From NCBI GenBank assembly GCA_964252035.1, contig OZ176201.1: a DNA stretch of 64,000 bases. The stretch is one strand, 5' to 3'. Positions within the stretch are counted from its first letter, which is position 1; each line of letters begins with the position of its first letter. The position numbers were made by a program, and so were the translations under genes. This document shows, piece after piece, positions 25,799 to 36,177 of the stretch. The notes under the pieces are model-generated. The model searched no databases. It was not told the DNA's origin and saw only the letters and a program-made list of their open reading frames with translations. The stretch is from Podarcis erhardii. Its lineage: Eukaryota.

Positions 25799-25940
25799 AA
25801 CAAAGAGTATGTTTGCCGAGGCCATGACTATGAGAGATTGGAGGCCTTCCAACAAAGAATGCTCAGTGAATTCCCACAAGCCATTGCAATGCAACATCCA
25901 AACCACCCAGATGACAGCATCTTGCAGTGTGATGCCCAGT
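25799..25940 (+). CDS. DOCK3: DOCK3 exon NKEYVCRGHDYERLEAFQQRMLSEFPQAIAMQHPNHPDDSILQCDAQ(Y)
   Basis: ttgtag|AAC, T|gtatccttt (U12-type donor); 142 nt, phase 0-1. Confidence 0.95.
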
Positions 25941-27036
25941 GTATCCTTTATCAAAGATTATGATGTTAATAAAGCAGCTACAAATAGACATCTGAATGTT
26001 GATCTTGTTCACCGTTTCCCTTTTAGATGTTGAGAAAAATTAAGCACAGAAGTGTTTCTTTTCATTATCATTGAATGAAAATCAAAGTCAAAATCAAAAT
26101 CAACTAATTGTTAGTTGAGTTGTGCGAGCACTAGATTACAGAGGAGCATTCCTGTGAAATGAGGGACACCCGTAAAGCTGGACTGCTACCTTTGTCAACT
26201 TTCCCCTAGTTCATGATGAATTTTATTTTTTAAAAAAATTAAGGTTGTCACATGCATTACCCTATCTTCATTCAGGTACACAAAGCAACAACAAGTTCTT
26301 CTTGATGAGGAATAGTTTTAGAAAACAGCGTAGATGTGTGCTCTGTGATATTACTGTAATATTAAAAACAAATTAGAGATGAGGTAAGGAGTTCAGAGCA
26401 TAACATGAACATTCACAGTTCCAGTTAAGAAACTGGCTGCCAGATTAGTGTCATAGTAAGAGGGACCCAAACTGAAATTGTTTAATTGCAAGATAGTTAA
26501 TGTATTTAAATAATTTTAAAAAGCAATACCTCATTTTGATTTTCCAGCCTTTTGCAGCCCCATGTTCCCTAATGGAGCCACTAATTCCTCTGCTTTGAAG
26601 CACTAAGGCATGGAAAGAAAATGGATCTTGAATTTAATATAATATTGGCCTAGATAAGTTGGTAATGCTACATTAACAGCAGTCACATGTTACAGATTTA
26701 CATAACTGCTAAAATGATGTGATTCAAACAGCTAGATAAATGAGTGAAACTTTATTCCTTAAAGCCATAGGAGACCACAATATAAATACAAGAAACAAAC
26801 AGTAATTTTGACATATTCAACAGCTGCTTGAATTTCCATCATAGAAAGTTGCTGGCAATTGGGCCTTCCCTGCATCATAAGGTATAAGCATCGCTTTAAA
26901 ATATATTTTAAAGGATATGCAACAAGAGTCTGTAATTTGTATCCGCTGCTAGTGTCATAAATGAGACTTACCTGGATGCTCTTGTTTGGTGCCTATGTGT
27001 TTGTTTGTTTTTTTCTTTGACTGGACTGCGTTGCAG
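25941..27036 (+). other. DOCK3: U12-type (minor spliceosome) GT-AG intron
   Basis: Donor GTATCCTTT matches the U12 consensus RTATCCTTT; branch-like TTCTTTGAC at 27013-27021 (A27020) lies 16 nt from the AG. Confidence 0.85.
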
Positions 27037-27203
27037 ATTTGCAGATCTATGCAGTGACTCCCATTCCAGATAATATTGATGTGCTGCAAATGGACCGTGT
27101 CCCTGATCGCATAAAGAGCTTTTATAGAGTTAACAACATCAGGAAGTTCCGCTATGACAGACCTTTCCATAAAGGCCCAAAAGACAAGGAAAATGAATTT
27201 AAG
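27037..27203 (+). CDS. DOCK3: DOCK3 exon LQIYAVTPIPDNIDVLQMDRVPDRIKSFYRVNNIRKFRYDRPFHKGPKDKENEFK
   Basis: ttgcag|AT, AAG|gttgaa; 167 nt, phase 1-0. Confidence 0.95.
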
Positions 27204-28130
27204 GTTGAATTCTCTGTAATATGGCAGCATTGTCTTTATATGAAGCACTTGCTAAATCAAAATGAGTCCTGTGTCAAAAAGAATATTAGGAAAAAACTTT
27301 GAAAGCTGATAAAACCAAATAATTCAATCCTATGCATTTCTTATTGGAAATAAACCTTGCTGAACGACATGGAGTAGACATGCATGAAATTGTGCTTTAA
27401 ATGATTCAAAATGTACTAAAGTATATTCATGAGTATACTTCTGTGTTCTGCAGAAGAAACGTAATCCATGTCGTGTTCTGCAGCCTGTGTACTGTTCTTC
27501 CCTGCACAACAGAATTCTACCTTTTCTTGGGAGCAACCTAAATAGGAGCTTTTGAAGTGGCTAATAAAAATAGGCCCAGGAGCAGCTGCTTGAAACGCTA
27601 AAAAATGAAAGGTTTCATACTGTTGTTTAAAAAAAAAGTGGCATTGGAATGTAATGGTTTTTTATGTTTTCCTCCAGTATATTAAACTGCTTAAACCATA
27701 GACTTTATCGAGTCCAGTATGTTAAGAATATTGTATGCTTAGGAATCACTTTTCCCCTCAGTTGTTTCTTCCTTCATCCTCCCTTCTTGTGAGTGACCAA
27801 ACAAATGTGGAAGTCTTCCATTAACTATCATTTTCCAATTTTGGTTGAACCACCTGATATTAATTTTAGAAAATTAAGCCACAACATCAAGTTAGTTTAA
27901 TATCCTGAAACCATTAACCGTGGTTTTCTGGTTTCCAGAAAAAAACGGAAACTATAATTAATGGAAGACTGCCTGGTTTGTTTGCCAACTTGCAGAAAGG
28001 GTGGAGTGAAAAAGTTGCACAACCTAAAATGTTCATTTATTCCCCAGTTTGTTGAGCTGAGGTAGGATTGTCTGAATGTGGCCAATGGATTTTGCATTTT
28101 CTATATATTGTTATGTTTCTTGCTTTGCAG

Positions 28131-28217
28131 AGTTTATGGATTGAACGCACAACTCTAACCCTGACTCACAGTTTACCTGGCATCTCTCGGTGGTTTGAAG
28201 TGGAGAGAAGAGAACTG
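28131..28217 (+). CDS. DOCK3: DOCK3 exon SLWIERTTLTLTHSLPGISRWFEVERREL
   Basis: ttgcag|AGT, CTG|gtaaca; 87 nt. Confidence 0.96.
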
Positions 28218-28794
28218 GTAACATGTATTATACTTAAGGAGTGAATGGCTAGCTAAAATGAAAAGAATGAGCAACTTTCTGCCTATTGGGTTTAACTCTA
28301 TGGGTTAAACATGTATGTTATATATCTTACTGCTACAATAAGAATAGCAGTACCAAGCGTTCAAAGAGGGCCTGTCAGCTGTTCACAGTCAGTATGTTAG
28401 ATATTGTAGTGGCTGGACAACTGGTTTAAATACCCATGCTGCAAATCAGTGACATATGTCAGATGGATGTGTAATGGACTTTGAAGTGGCTAATATGGGG
28501 AGGGGAGGATGACCTTAACTGCTCAGTTTGCAGTCCACCTTTGGTTCTGCTCTCCACGCAACACACAAGAGACTTGGCTGCCTTCTCAACGTAGCTCTCT
28601 ACTGCTCTCATACATGAGACGATACTAGCTTCTGGAGAGCTGTGTGGCACACTCAGCCCTAAGGCCTGTACCAAGAGAAGGACCCTTCCCAGGGCTCCAC
28701 CAAGAAAGAGAAACTAAAACATGCAGGCTCTTAACAAAACGTTACAGTACAGGAATGTTGATGGTATTGAAGTGGACTCTGGTGTCTTTTGCAG

Positions 28795-28974
28795 GTTGAA
28801 GTCAGCCCTTTGGAAAATGCCATTCAAGTAGTGGAGAACAAAAACCAGGAGCTAAGGACGCTGATAAGCCAGTACCAACACAAACAGATGCATGGGAATA
28901 TCAATCTGCTCAGTATGTGCCTGAATGGAGTAATTGATGCTGCTGTGAATGGTGGCATAGCACGCTATCAGGAG
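28795..28974 (+). CDS. DOCK3: DOCK3 exon VEVSPLENAIQVVENKNQEL...GVIDAAVNGGIARYQE (DHR2 lobe C, nucleotide-sensor Val of AVNGG at 28945-28947)
   Basis: ttgcag|GTT, GAG|gtaaat; 180 nt; the AVNGG motif is the conserved DHR2 alpha-10 sensor. Confidence 0.97.
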
Positions 28975-29315
28975 GTAAATGGAGGTTGACTCTGTTTTGT
29001 TTTGTTGTTAGCAGCTCTTCGCAGTACCATTTTTTTTTCAGTTGCATTGAATTTTAAAATATGAAAGAGCATAAGAAATTGTGTCCAATTTTCTTTACAA
29101 GATGGAATTTTATTAAAATTGTGCCTAACTGTTGGTCTACATTCTGATCTAGACAGCCACAAACATTTTATGTTGGGGGGGGGGTGAACATTCTGCATAA
29201 GCAAGTGGTCATAATGTAAAATACTGAAAATACTGAATTTTAGGAAGCTAATATAGTGAGTGATGCCTTAGAAAGCCCTGAAATTCATTCCCTTATTAAT
29301 GCTGAACATTTGTTC

Positions 29316-29355
<40 letters not shown>

Positions 29356-30189
29356 AATTATCTTTGTCTTCACTAAATTTCAACAGAAGCATAGGCTTAA
29401 AGGGACTTCTGCTCTACAGTTTGGTTGGCAGATACTAGTTAAAAATGTATGTTGCTAAAACTACATTTATAAAATATGTTGACCTACATTTCTGGGTCAT
29501 CTGCACCATGCAGACCCAAGAAACACACTTCACCTTTTATATTATTAATTTCCGATGTTTCTCATTTCCCACAGCTGCTGAAGATAAACAAATAACAGAA
29601 AGTATAAAAAATTCAAGACATGGTCTAAGAGTGATGCAGTGATTATGTTAGGTCAGGTTTATTTTAAGGTCCTGGAAAGGTCTTCCCAGCACTACTCAAC
29701 AGCAATTACTTTGTATAAGAAGGGATTGTTTTTGCTGTTTGTTTGCACTGTTGAGTTCTGAATCCATGCTCCTAAGGAGGATTGCACCAACAGCATAACA
29801 ACTACATTTTTTGTTTTCTGTTACGCTAATATAAGAAGAGAAAACAAAGTATGAAACAGGGTAAAAAAGGGAAGGAGGAGAGCGGGGGGGGGGGAGAGAA
29901 CAGAGAAAACAGGAAGGCAACCATACATGGTGAAATATTTTAAATGGGTCCCATGTTGCAGGTAGAAGTGAATCCAAAGTCTGAAAATGAATTGACTAGG
30001 CCATTAAATGGTGCTGTGACTGCATGTATATTCTATAATACTAGAGGAGATTAAGTAAATGGTGTTTCGGTGTTTCTTGGTGGTAGACCACCCTATGTTT
30101 CTATTAGGGTCTTTTCTCTTCTTTCTTGTGGTTATTAAGAAACTTTTTATTGAATTTCTAAGTGGGGAAAAAATGTCTTCTTTCCCCAG

Positions 30190-30273
30190 GCTTTCTTCGA
30201 TAGAGATTATATTACTACTCACCCAGGAGATGCAGAAAAAATCACGCAGCTGAAAGAGCTGATGCATGAACAG
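30190..30273 (+). CDS. DOCK3: DOCK3 exon AFFDRDYITTHPGDAEKITQLKELMHEQ
   Basis: ccccag|GCT, CAG|gtatcc; 84 nt. Confidence 0.95.
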
Positions 30274-30885
30274 GTATCCCCAGACTTTTAAAGATGAAGG
30301 AATATTATATTAATAACATTTTATTTCCTCAACAATATATCCAGTAACAAAGATTCCATAGGCTTAGGCTACAATGCTTACACTACTTAATTTGGGAATA
30401 AACCTCACTGAATTCAATAGGACTTCTCAGTAGACATGACTACTATTGCACTCTAATTCAGTGTTTAAGATGAAGAAGTTTACATTGTGCTCAATGTAAA
30501 TTTTTCTTCTAAGCCTTTTTTCCAGGACTTAACATTTCACTGACCTAAAATGAAAAGAGAAACCTAAGTTAGTCTACAGGTAGATTCTGAATACATCCGT
30601 TTCCATGTAAAATATTTAAAAGTGAAAATTCTGGTGATTTCAGTCATTTTTCCTTCCTTCACTCCATTAAAGTATTTTATCCAAACTAGGGAAAATTTTG
30701 AAAATTTTCATGATCAGTGTCTTGTCTACATTGCTCCCACAATCTTAATTTATGTAAAAGCTTAACATGGTAGTGGCCTTTTGTAATTATTTTCACTGGC
30801 GGAATACTAGTTCCAAAGCGGTCGGTGTGATGATTAGAACTGGATGCCTACCCTAGGTGTTAATTCAAGGAAAATAAATCAGTCT

Positions 30886-31500
30886 GGGACTTCCGGGTTA
30901 GCGCCATCGCCTAATGGCGGATTCCCTCCGAGCTCCGGAGGGAATCAGCTCAGTAGGAGACGGGTCCTGGCGACGCGGGGACCCTCAGAAACCACAGGCG
31001 CTGAAGCCTGTGGACCTGGTGACTCGGCGGGCACCATCTGTGTCCTCCCCGACCCGAGAAGGAGCCTTTTTAAAGGCTTCGGAACGGGGGACGGGGAGAG
31101 GCGCGGTGCTGAGAGTCGACTGCTACTCCTACTGAGGGAAGCCGCATGCCATGGTCGGAGAGCGCTGACTTCTTCCTTTGAACATTTGGACCCAAAGTAA
31201 AAGCCCGTGAGTAATACGGAAATTGGATCTAGAAAAGAAAGATTTTTTTGTCTGAAAGATTTTTTTGTCTGAGAAGAGCACACCCACCTAGTCTGATACC
31301 CTGGGGGTATAATCACTTTCCCCCCCTTTCCTGTAATTATTTCTTCTCTGTGTAAGTTAAGCTTTACTACAGAGGAGCTTTACTACAGAACAGAAACGGA
31401 TTTAACAATTACAGTGTTTTTAAAAAGAAACTGGAACAAGCAGGAAGAGGATCAGATTTCCTCTTAGCTTAGCGTTTCCTGCTTTTAGCAGTAGGCAGAG
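30886..31500 (+). mobile_element. Probable L1 5' UTR fragment (CpG-rich), end approximate
   Basis: Starts gggacttccgggttagcgccatcgcctaatggcgg, resembling recalled lizard L1 5' UTRs; hairpins and short internal duplications; no ORF1/ORF2 recognised after it. Confidence 0.45.
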
Positions 31501-32155
31501 ACAACTTCCATGTGGATGTATCCTGACTCGCAAATAGAAACACCCTTTAGGTGAGTGCCAATGGTACCCTCTAGCTCAGTGTTTCCCAACCTTTTTTGGG
31601 CAAAGGCACACTTGTTTCATGAAAAAAATCTCGAGGCACACCACCATTAGAAAATGTTTAAAAAATTAACTCTGTGCCTATATTGACTATATATAAAGTA
31701 ACTCTCTTTAATAGGAATCAAATAAACACAAATAAAGTATTTTATAATTACTTTATTATGAAATAGTAAGTAAACAGAAATATGAAAAATTATAAAATAC
31801 TTTATTCAGTGAACCTGTGAGGGCCCGCCCTTTGCAGCAGCCGATTGGCTGCCGCCGTGGGCAGTGAATATTAATGATGTATCATTTTTGTGCTTCATGC
31901 TGTGGCCACAGACATGTGATCTGATGGTGAATTTGGGGTGACCCAATGCAAAAATCCTGAGAATCCCTGTGGATCCATGCTTTTAAACCACATTTTAAGT
32001 GGGGAGGGAAGGAAAAACACAGAACGGACAAGGAGCACGAGAGGGGTGTGCAGAGAAGCAGCTGGCTAAGAATGCAGGAGAGGGATTTAACGGGGAGGGA
32101 GGAAAGGAAGGCAAAAGTTTTCCCTCACCTACTCACCCAAGCCAGCCAGCTCGCA

Positions 32156-32190
<35 letters not shown>

Positions 32191-32290
32191 CTGCCTGCTT
32201 GCCTGGAGGGGAGGGGCTTTCCCTGCTCTTTGTTCCGTTTGAGCAAGCACAGCAAGGAAACAGAGGCGGGTGGGCAGTAAGACCCTGAGG

Positions 32291-32353
32291 CAAGTGCGGC
32301 TTGTGCTTGCTCAGCAGCTTCTTCACGGTGCTCCGCGGAACGGTGTTCTTCAT
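32291..32353 (-). pseudogene. CENPW: Captured CENPW-like first-exon fragment MKNTVPRSTVKKLLSKHKPHL
   Basis: Aligns by eye to the recalled chicken CENP-W N-terminus MRRTVPRGTLRKIIKKHKPHL; similarity stops abruptly after 21 codons; good Kozak context (gccgccgggATGa). Confidence 0.72.
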
Positions 32354-32431
32354 CCCGGCGGCGGCGGCTCCCTCTCTTTCCTCTCAAGCAGAGCGGCCTT
32401 CCTGCTCCAGCCGCGCCTGCGCCTGAGGAGT

Positions 32432-32505
32432 TTCGAATCTGCCGCCGCGCGCAGGGTGACGTCACGGCCGCCGCCGGGCCAATCCGCCTGCTCGGCCCCG
32501 CCTCC
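32432..32505 (-). promoter_or_regulatory. Cell-cycle-type promoter module: GC box, CCAAT, CRE, CDE/CHR
   Basis: On the minus strand GGCGG (32446-32442), 4-nt spacer, TTCGAA (32437-32432); GTGACGTCAC 32456-32465; CCAAT 32479-32483; CCCCGCC about 32496-32502; CpG-island composition. Confidence 0.7.
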
Positions 32506-32759
32506 CTTCTTCTCGCCTCCCTCACGAGAGGAAGCGCCTCCCTCGCGCACGGCGGATGCAGCCTGAGCAGAGTCCCCTCTCGCTTAGAGCAGTGTTTCCC
32601 AAGCGGCACACGAGGCAACGTGTCGCGGCACACTAGTGTGCCGCGGAACACCGGTTGGGAAACACTGCTCTAGCTAGCAGTCAGATACTTGGGGAAATTT
32701 TTAACTCATTATCGCTCACCAGAGCCTAAGTTAGTTCTCATGTATGCTTGTACACAAAG

Positions 32760-32760
32760 T

Positions 32761-32811
<51 letters not shown>
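32760..32811. repeat. (TTTC)n microsatellite; others include (TA)n 29318-29352, (CT)n 32159-32186, (CTT)n 14120-14171
   Basis: Direct inspection. Confidence 0.95.
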
Positions 32812-33156
32812 CACTAGTTACAGTGTATGTGAAAATCACACAGCACTGAAAGTGCCTGGATCCTTGTGGTCTACAAAATTGGTCTGGCAAAGTTTGGACA
32901 CCTTACCCTGTTTGAGAAAAGAGTCCATAGTGCTAGATGGTGTTATGTGAAATGTTATGATTAATTCTATACTGCCTTTTGGCTAAAAAAAAAATGCCCC
33001 CATGGTAGATCACGAAGGATAATAAAAAGATAATTAAAGGAAGGGGGGGGGATCCAACTAAGAAAAATGTAAAACAAAATTGTAAGTATTGATGAAGCTG
33101 TTCTCCTGATTTTGAAAAACTTCATTGATATCTGCCAGTTCTCTATTGGTCTAGCT

Positions 33157-33349
33157 TAGGGTTGCCATATTTCAAAAAGTGAAAATCTGGACACAAAAGT
33201 TGTTGAGATCTTGATTTTTTGCATGATCTCAACAACAACAAAATTTGAGCTATTTTAAAGGGAATTTGCCAAAATCTACACTTCCAACACTGTTTCTGAC
33301 AGCCGAATCCCAGCTATGTCAAGGGAATTCTGGATGTATGGCAACTCTA
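33157..33349. mobile_element. hAT MITE
   Basis: TIR TAGGGTTGCCATA / TATGGCAACTCTA; TSD GTCTAGCT/GTCTAGCC. Confidence 0.8.
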
Positions 33350-33635
33350 GTCTAGCCACAACTGCCATCACTTCAAATTCACATTCTTGCTATTACAACA
33401 TTTGCAGGAAGAGATGGCCAGGAATCACATGAGTGGTTGTTAGGCAATTAACTACATGCTCTCTAATGTTTCATGCTATAATCTGAAAAAAGATTTAGTG
33501 AGCATGAATGATTTAGCTAAACTAAGCTACAAGTATTTAGAGACAGTTACCCTTCAGTGAATGAGTGGTATATAGAACATTATTTTGCAGTCTTTCTTAG
33601 GCTGCATGTATAGGCTTTGATTTTATTTTTAATAG

Positions 33636-33752
33636 GTACATATATTAGGAGTGGGTCTTGCAGTACATGAGAAGTTTGTACATCCAGAGATGCGCCCTCT
33701 TCATAAGAAACTAATTGACCAGTTCCAGATGATGCGATCCAGTTTGTACCAT
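33636..33752 (+). CDS. DOCK3: DOCK3 exon VHILGVGLAVHEKFVHPEMRPLHKKLIDQFQMMRSSLYH (end of DHR2)
   Basis: aatag|GTA, CAT|gtaagt; 117 nt. Confidence 0.96.
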
Positions 33753-34951
33753 GTAAGTAGATAAACACTTTTCTTTGTTTGTTTCTTTCTCTTTTTTTAC
33801 AGTTCACAGCAGTATTTTGAATTCTTCCATTATGGCATAGACATGTGCACTGGAAAATGCTGAATGAGTACAAAATGAATTCTTCAGCAAAAATAAATTA
33901 GATATCCAGAAAAATATGAGGAAATGAACATCTGGATTTTTCATTTGTCTAGGCATTGCTCACATCATTTGAATCACATATGATCTTTTAAAATGGGTAC
34001 AAAAAAACTACACATTGCTTGAAATGCTATGATTAGGGATCTTTTAATCTGAGGATGCAATTTGAAAATAAAGCCTCAAGGAAAATTTGCTTGAAGAAGG
34101 TTATTTTATATTGGAAATTGCTACAGGGGGAAAGGATAAAAGCCCCTCTTCCCCTGTACTAGTTTTTCATCTTCAAATTGCAATCTCAGCAACTGTATTT
34201 TGGGGTTTTTTACTCCCTTAAAAGAATAACAGCAGAGTACATAATGTATAGTTCTGCCTTCAGTTGCTTGCTTAAAATAGGATATAAATAAATGTGTGCT
34301 TTTAAGCGTTACTTAAGGGCAGAGTACACAGTGAAAGGAGAAGTAAATAATGTAGTGTTAGAAATCCATTTTGTATAAAAGCCTGCATCAAAGCTAGACA
34401 TGTGTACTTCACATCTTTCTGATTTGGGAACCATTACCATCAATCTGTATATTGATGGTTCATTATTGATGATGACAAAAGTATTAGCGATAACGATACA
34501 TAGAAAAAGTCTCATAGATTGCATTTGCTAAGATATGAGTGAGGCTTATGGCATACAACTCCTTTCCTCCTCCCTTTGCACAAGCCAGCAACAGATCAGA
34601 AAAATCTTCAGTTAGCTATCTTTTCCCATTTCATCCAGAGTGGAACCAACCAGGATATTAAGCCATGGGCTACACTTGCACATTATGCTAAATCGTTGCT
34701 TAGTAGTACTATGTGTGTGAGCAGGAAGGAACCTGAGTGAAGACTCAGAATTGTATGCTCCCCTCTCCTCTTGTGTGGCCAGGAGAGGAACTTTGCTAAT
34801 TTTACAGAATGTCAGCTTTCACAGAACTGTGGTTTAAAACAAATTTCTGGCCAGCTTCTAAGCAAGCGTACTTCATACCATGGATTATGAAGCTGCTTTG
34901 AAACAAGCTAATCAGAGCTTGTTTTAAACCACAGTCTCTGGTTCATACAAA

Positions 34952-35696
34952 CCGTATTTTTCCGTCTATAAGACGCCCCCATGTATAAGGACCCCCCCCC
35001 CTATTTTGGGAGACTCAATTTTAAGAAAATGAGGGGAGATGGCCCAAAGTTGTTGAGCTTCTCCCCCACGCAGCTGCGTGCAGGAAACACTCACTAGATC
35101 ATTTCCCGCTCACTGCTGCATTGGGGGAAGTTGCGCTTCCGCCAACCAGCTGGCTGGCAGGCGCACCGCTTCTCCCCCCCCCCCCTTGCCACTATCCATG
35201 TGTATTGTTTGTCAGGATTGGTCATTGTCCTCTTCAGATCACCACACAAACGCTTCTTGTTCTTTTATAACTTTTTATTGCGTACTAACAAAACAATCTT
35301 ATAAACGGTTCTTAAATATTATTCCTCAGAGTCACTTCTTTCAGATACCTTCTGAGCTCTGCTTCTCCATGACCAGCCACTCTCAAAATGGCGAAGGCGC
35401 CCTTCCCTTTTTTTCCGCTCTTTTTTCTAACCTCCTGGCTAGAGCTGGCTTGTATCTCCCCTCCTCCAAATCTGAGCTAGAACTTAACCCTTGCCTTTCC
35501 TGGGAACAGCCGGTCCCTTCCTGTTGTTCCTCCTGTTCTCTTCTATTAGATTCACTGCTCCCCTCCCCCCCTTGGGGAATGCTTTCTCCCTCTGAGAAAC
35601 TGGAAACTTCTAACTCTTCCCTGACGTTGGTTGACCCCAGTTTTTTGACACAGTTTTTGAGTCAAAAAACCTCGTCTGATACACGGGAAAATACGG
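34952..35696. mobile_element. Tc2/Kanga-like MITE, with a possible nested solo LTR at 35210-35626
   Basis: TIR CCGTATTTTTCCG / CGGGAAAATACGG, TA on the right flank; same TIR family as 13272. Confidence 0.75.
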
Positions 35697-35899
35697 TAAT
35701 ACCAAGCCAGAATTCTGTGATATTGAAAGCAGATGCTAGTTGTACGGGGACAGACAACAAGAAGGGTAACAGGTAACATTCTAGCTCATGTAGATAGCAC
35801 TAGCTATGGTTTATGAAAGGGCTGTGTGGGGGACCATAAGGCACGATCCTATTAGCTGATTATTAAGGCAACATATGACCATCCGAATGTACTTTACAG

Positions 35900-36021
35900 G
35901 AGTTGCCTGCTTTGGATAAACTGAGTCCAGCCTGCTCAGGAACGAGCACACCACGCAGCAATATGCTTGTATCACATAGTCCAATGAGTCCAGAGAGTAT
36001 CAAGCTGGTGCATCGCCACAG
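35900..36021 (+). CDS. DOCK3: DOCK3 exon ELPALDKLSPACSGTSTPRSNMLVSHSPMSPESIKLVHRH(S)
   Basis: ttacag|GAG, AG|gtattt; 122 nt, phase 0-2. Confidence 0.93.
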
Positions 36022-36054
36022 GTATTTATCTACCTAAGAAAGGTCTTTCTATAC

Positions 36055-36177
36055 TAAGGTTACCAGATTTTTTTCAATGAATCCGGGGACACTTTTCAAC
36101 TTCAATGAATTTTGTATGGAGACTGATTTGTATATCCGGGGAGAGTCCCCGGGAAACGGGGACGTCTGATAACCTTA
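36055..36177. mobile_element. hAT MITE 33 nt downstream of a splice donor
   Basis: TIR TAAGGTTACCAGA / TCTGATAACCTTA; perfect TSD TTCTATAC. Confidence 0.9.

Larger units (their letters stand above)
31577..32667. mobile_element. Non-autonomous hAT element (1091 bp) carrying a captured host sequence
   Basis: Perfect 15-bp TIR CAGTGTTTCCCAACC / GGTTGGGAAACACTG; perfect TSD CTCTAGCT (31569-31576, 32668-32675). Confidence 0.93.

Noticed and set aside
26966-26975. ACTTACCTGG, identical to the U1 snRNA 5' end (a perfect donor on the minus strand)
   Set aside because: No further U1 sequence follows, and one such short word is expected by chance in 128 kb of both strands.
30844-32651. GC-rich ORFs of 98-172 aa (30844-31200, 30945-31316, 32133-32651, 32270-32566)
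   Set aside because: Stop-poor by composition (CpG-rich repeat interiors and a CT microsatellite); only the 21-codon CENPW-like frame has recognisable homology.
35078-35776. 232-aa plus-strand ORF, the longest in the track
   Set aside because: Low-complexity Ser/Leu/Pro sequence lying inside a MITE and putative LTR; no domain recognised; intronic.
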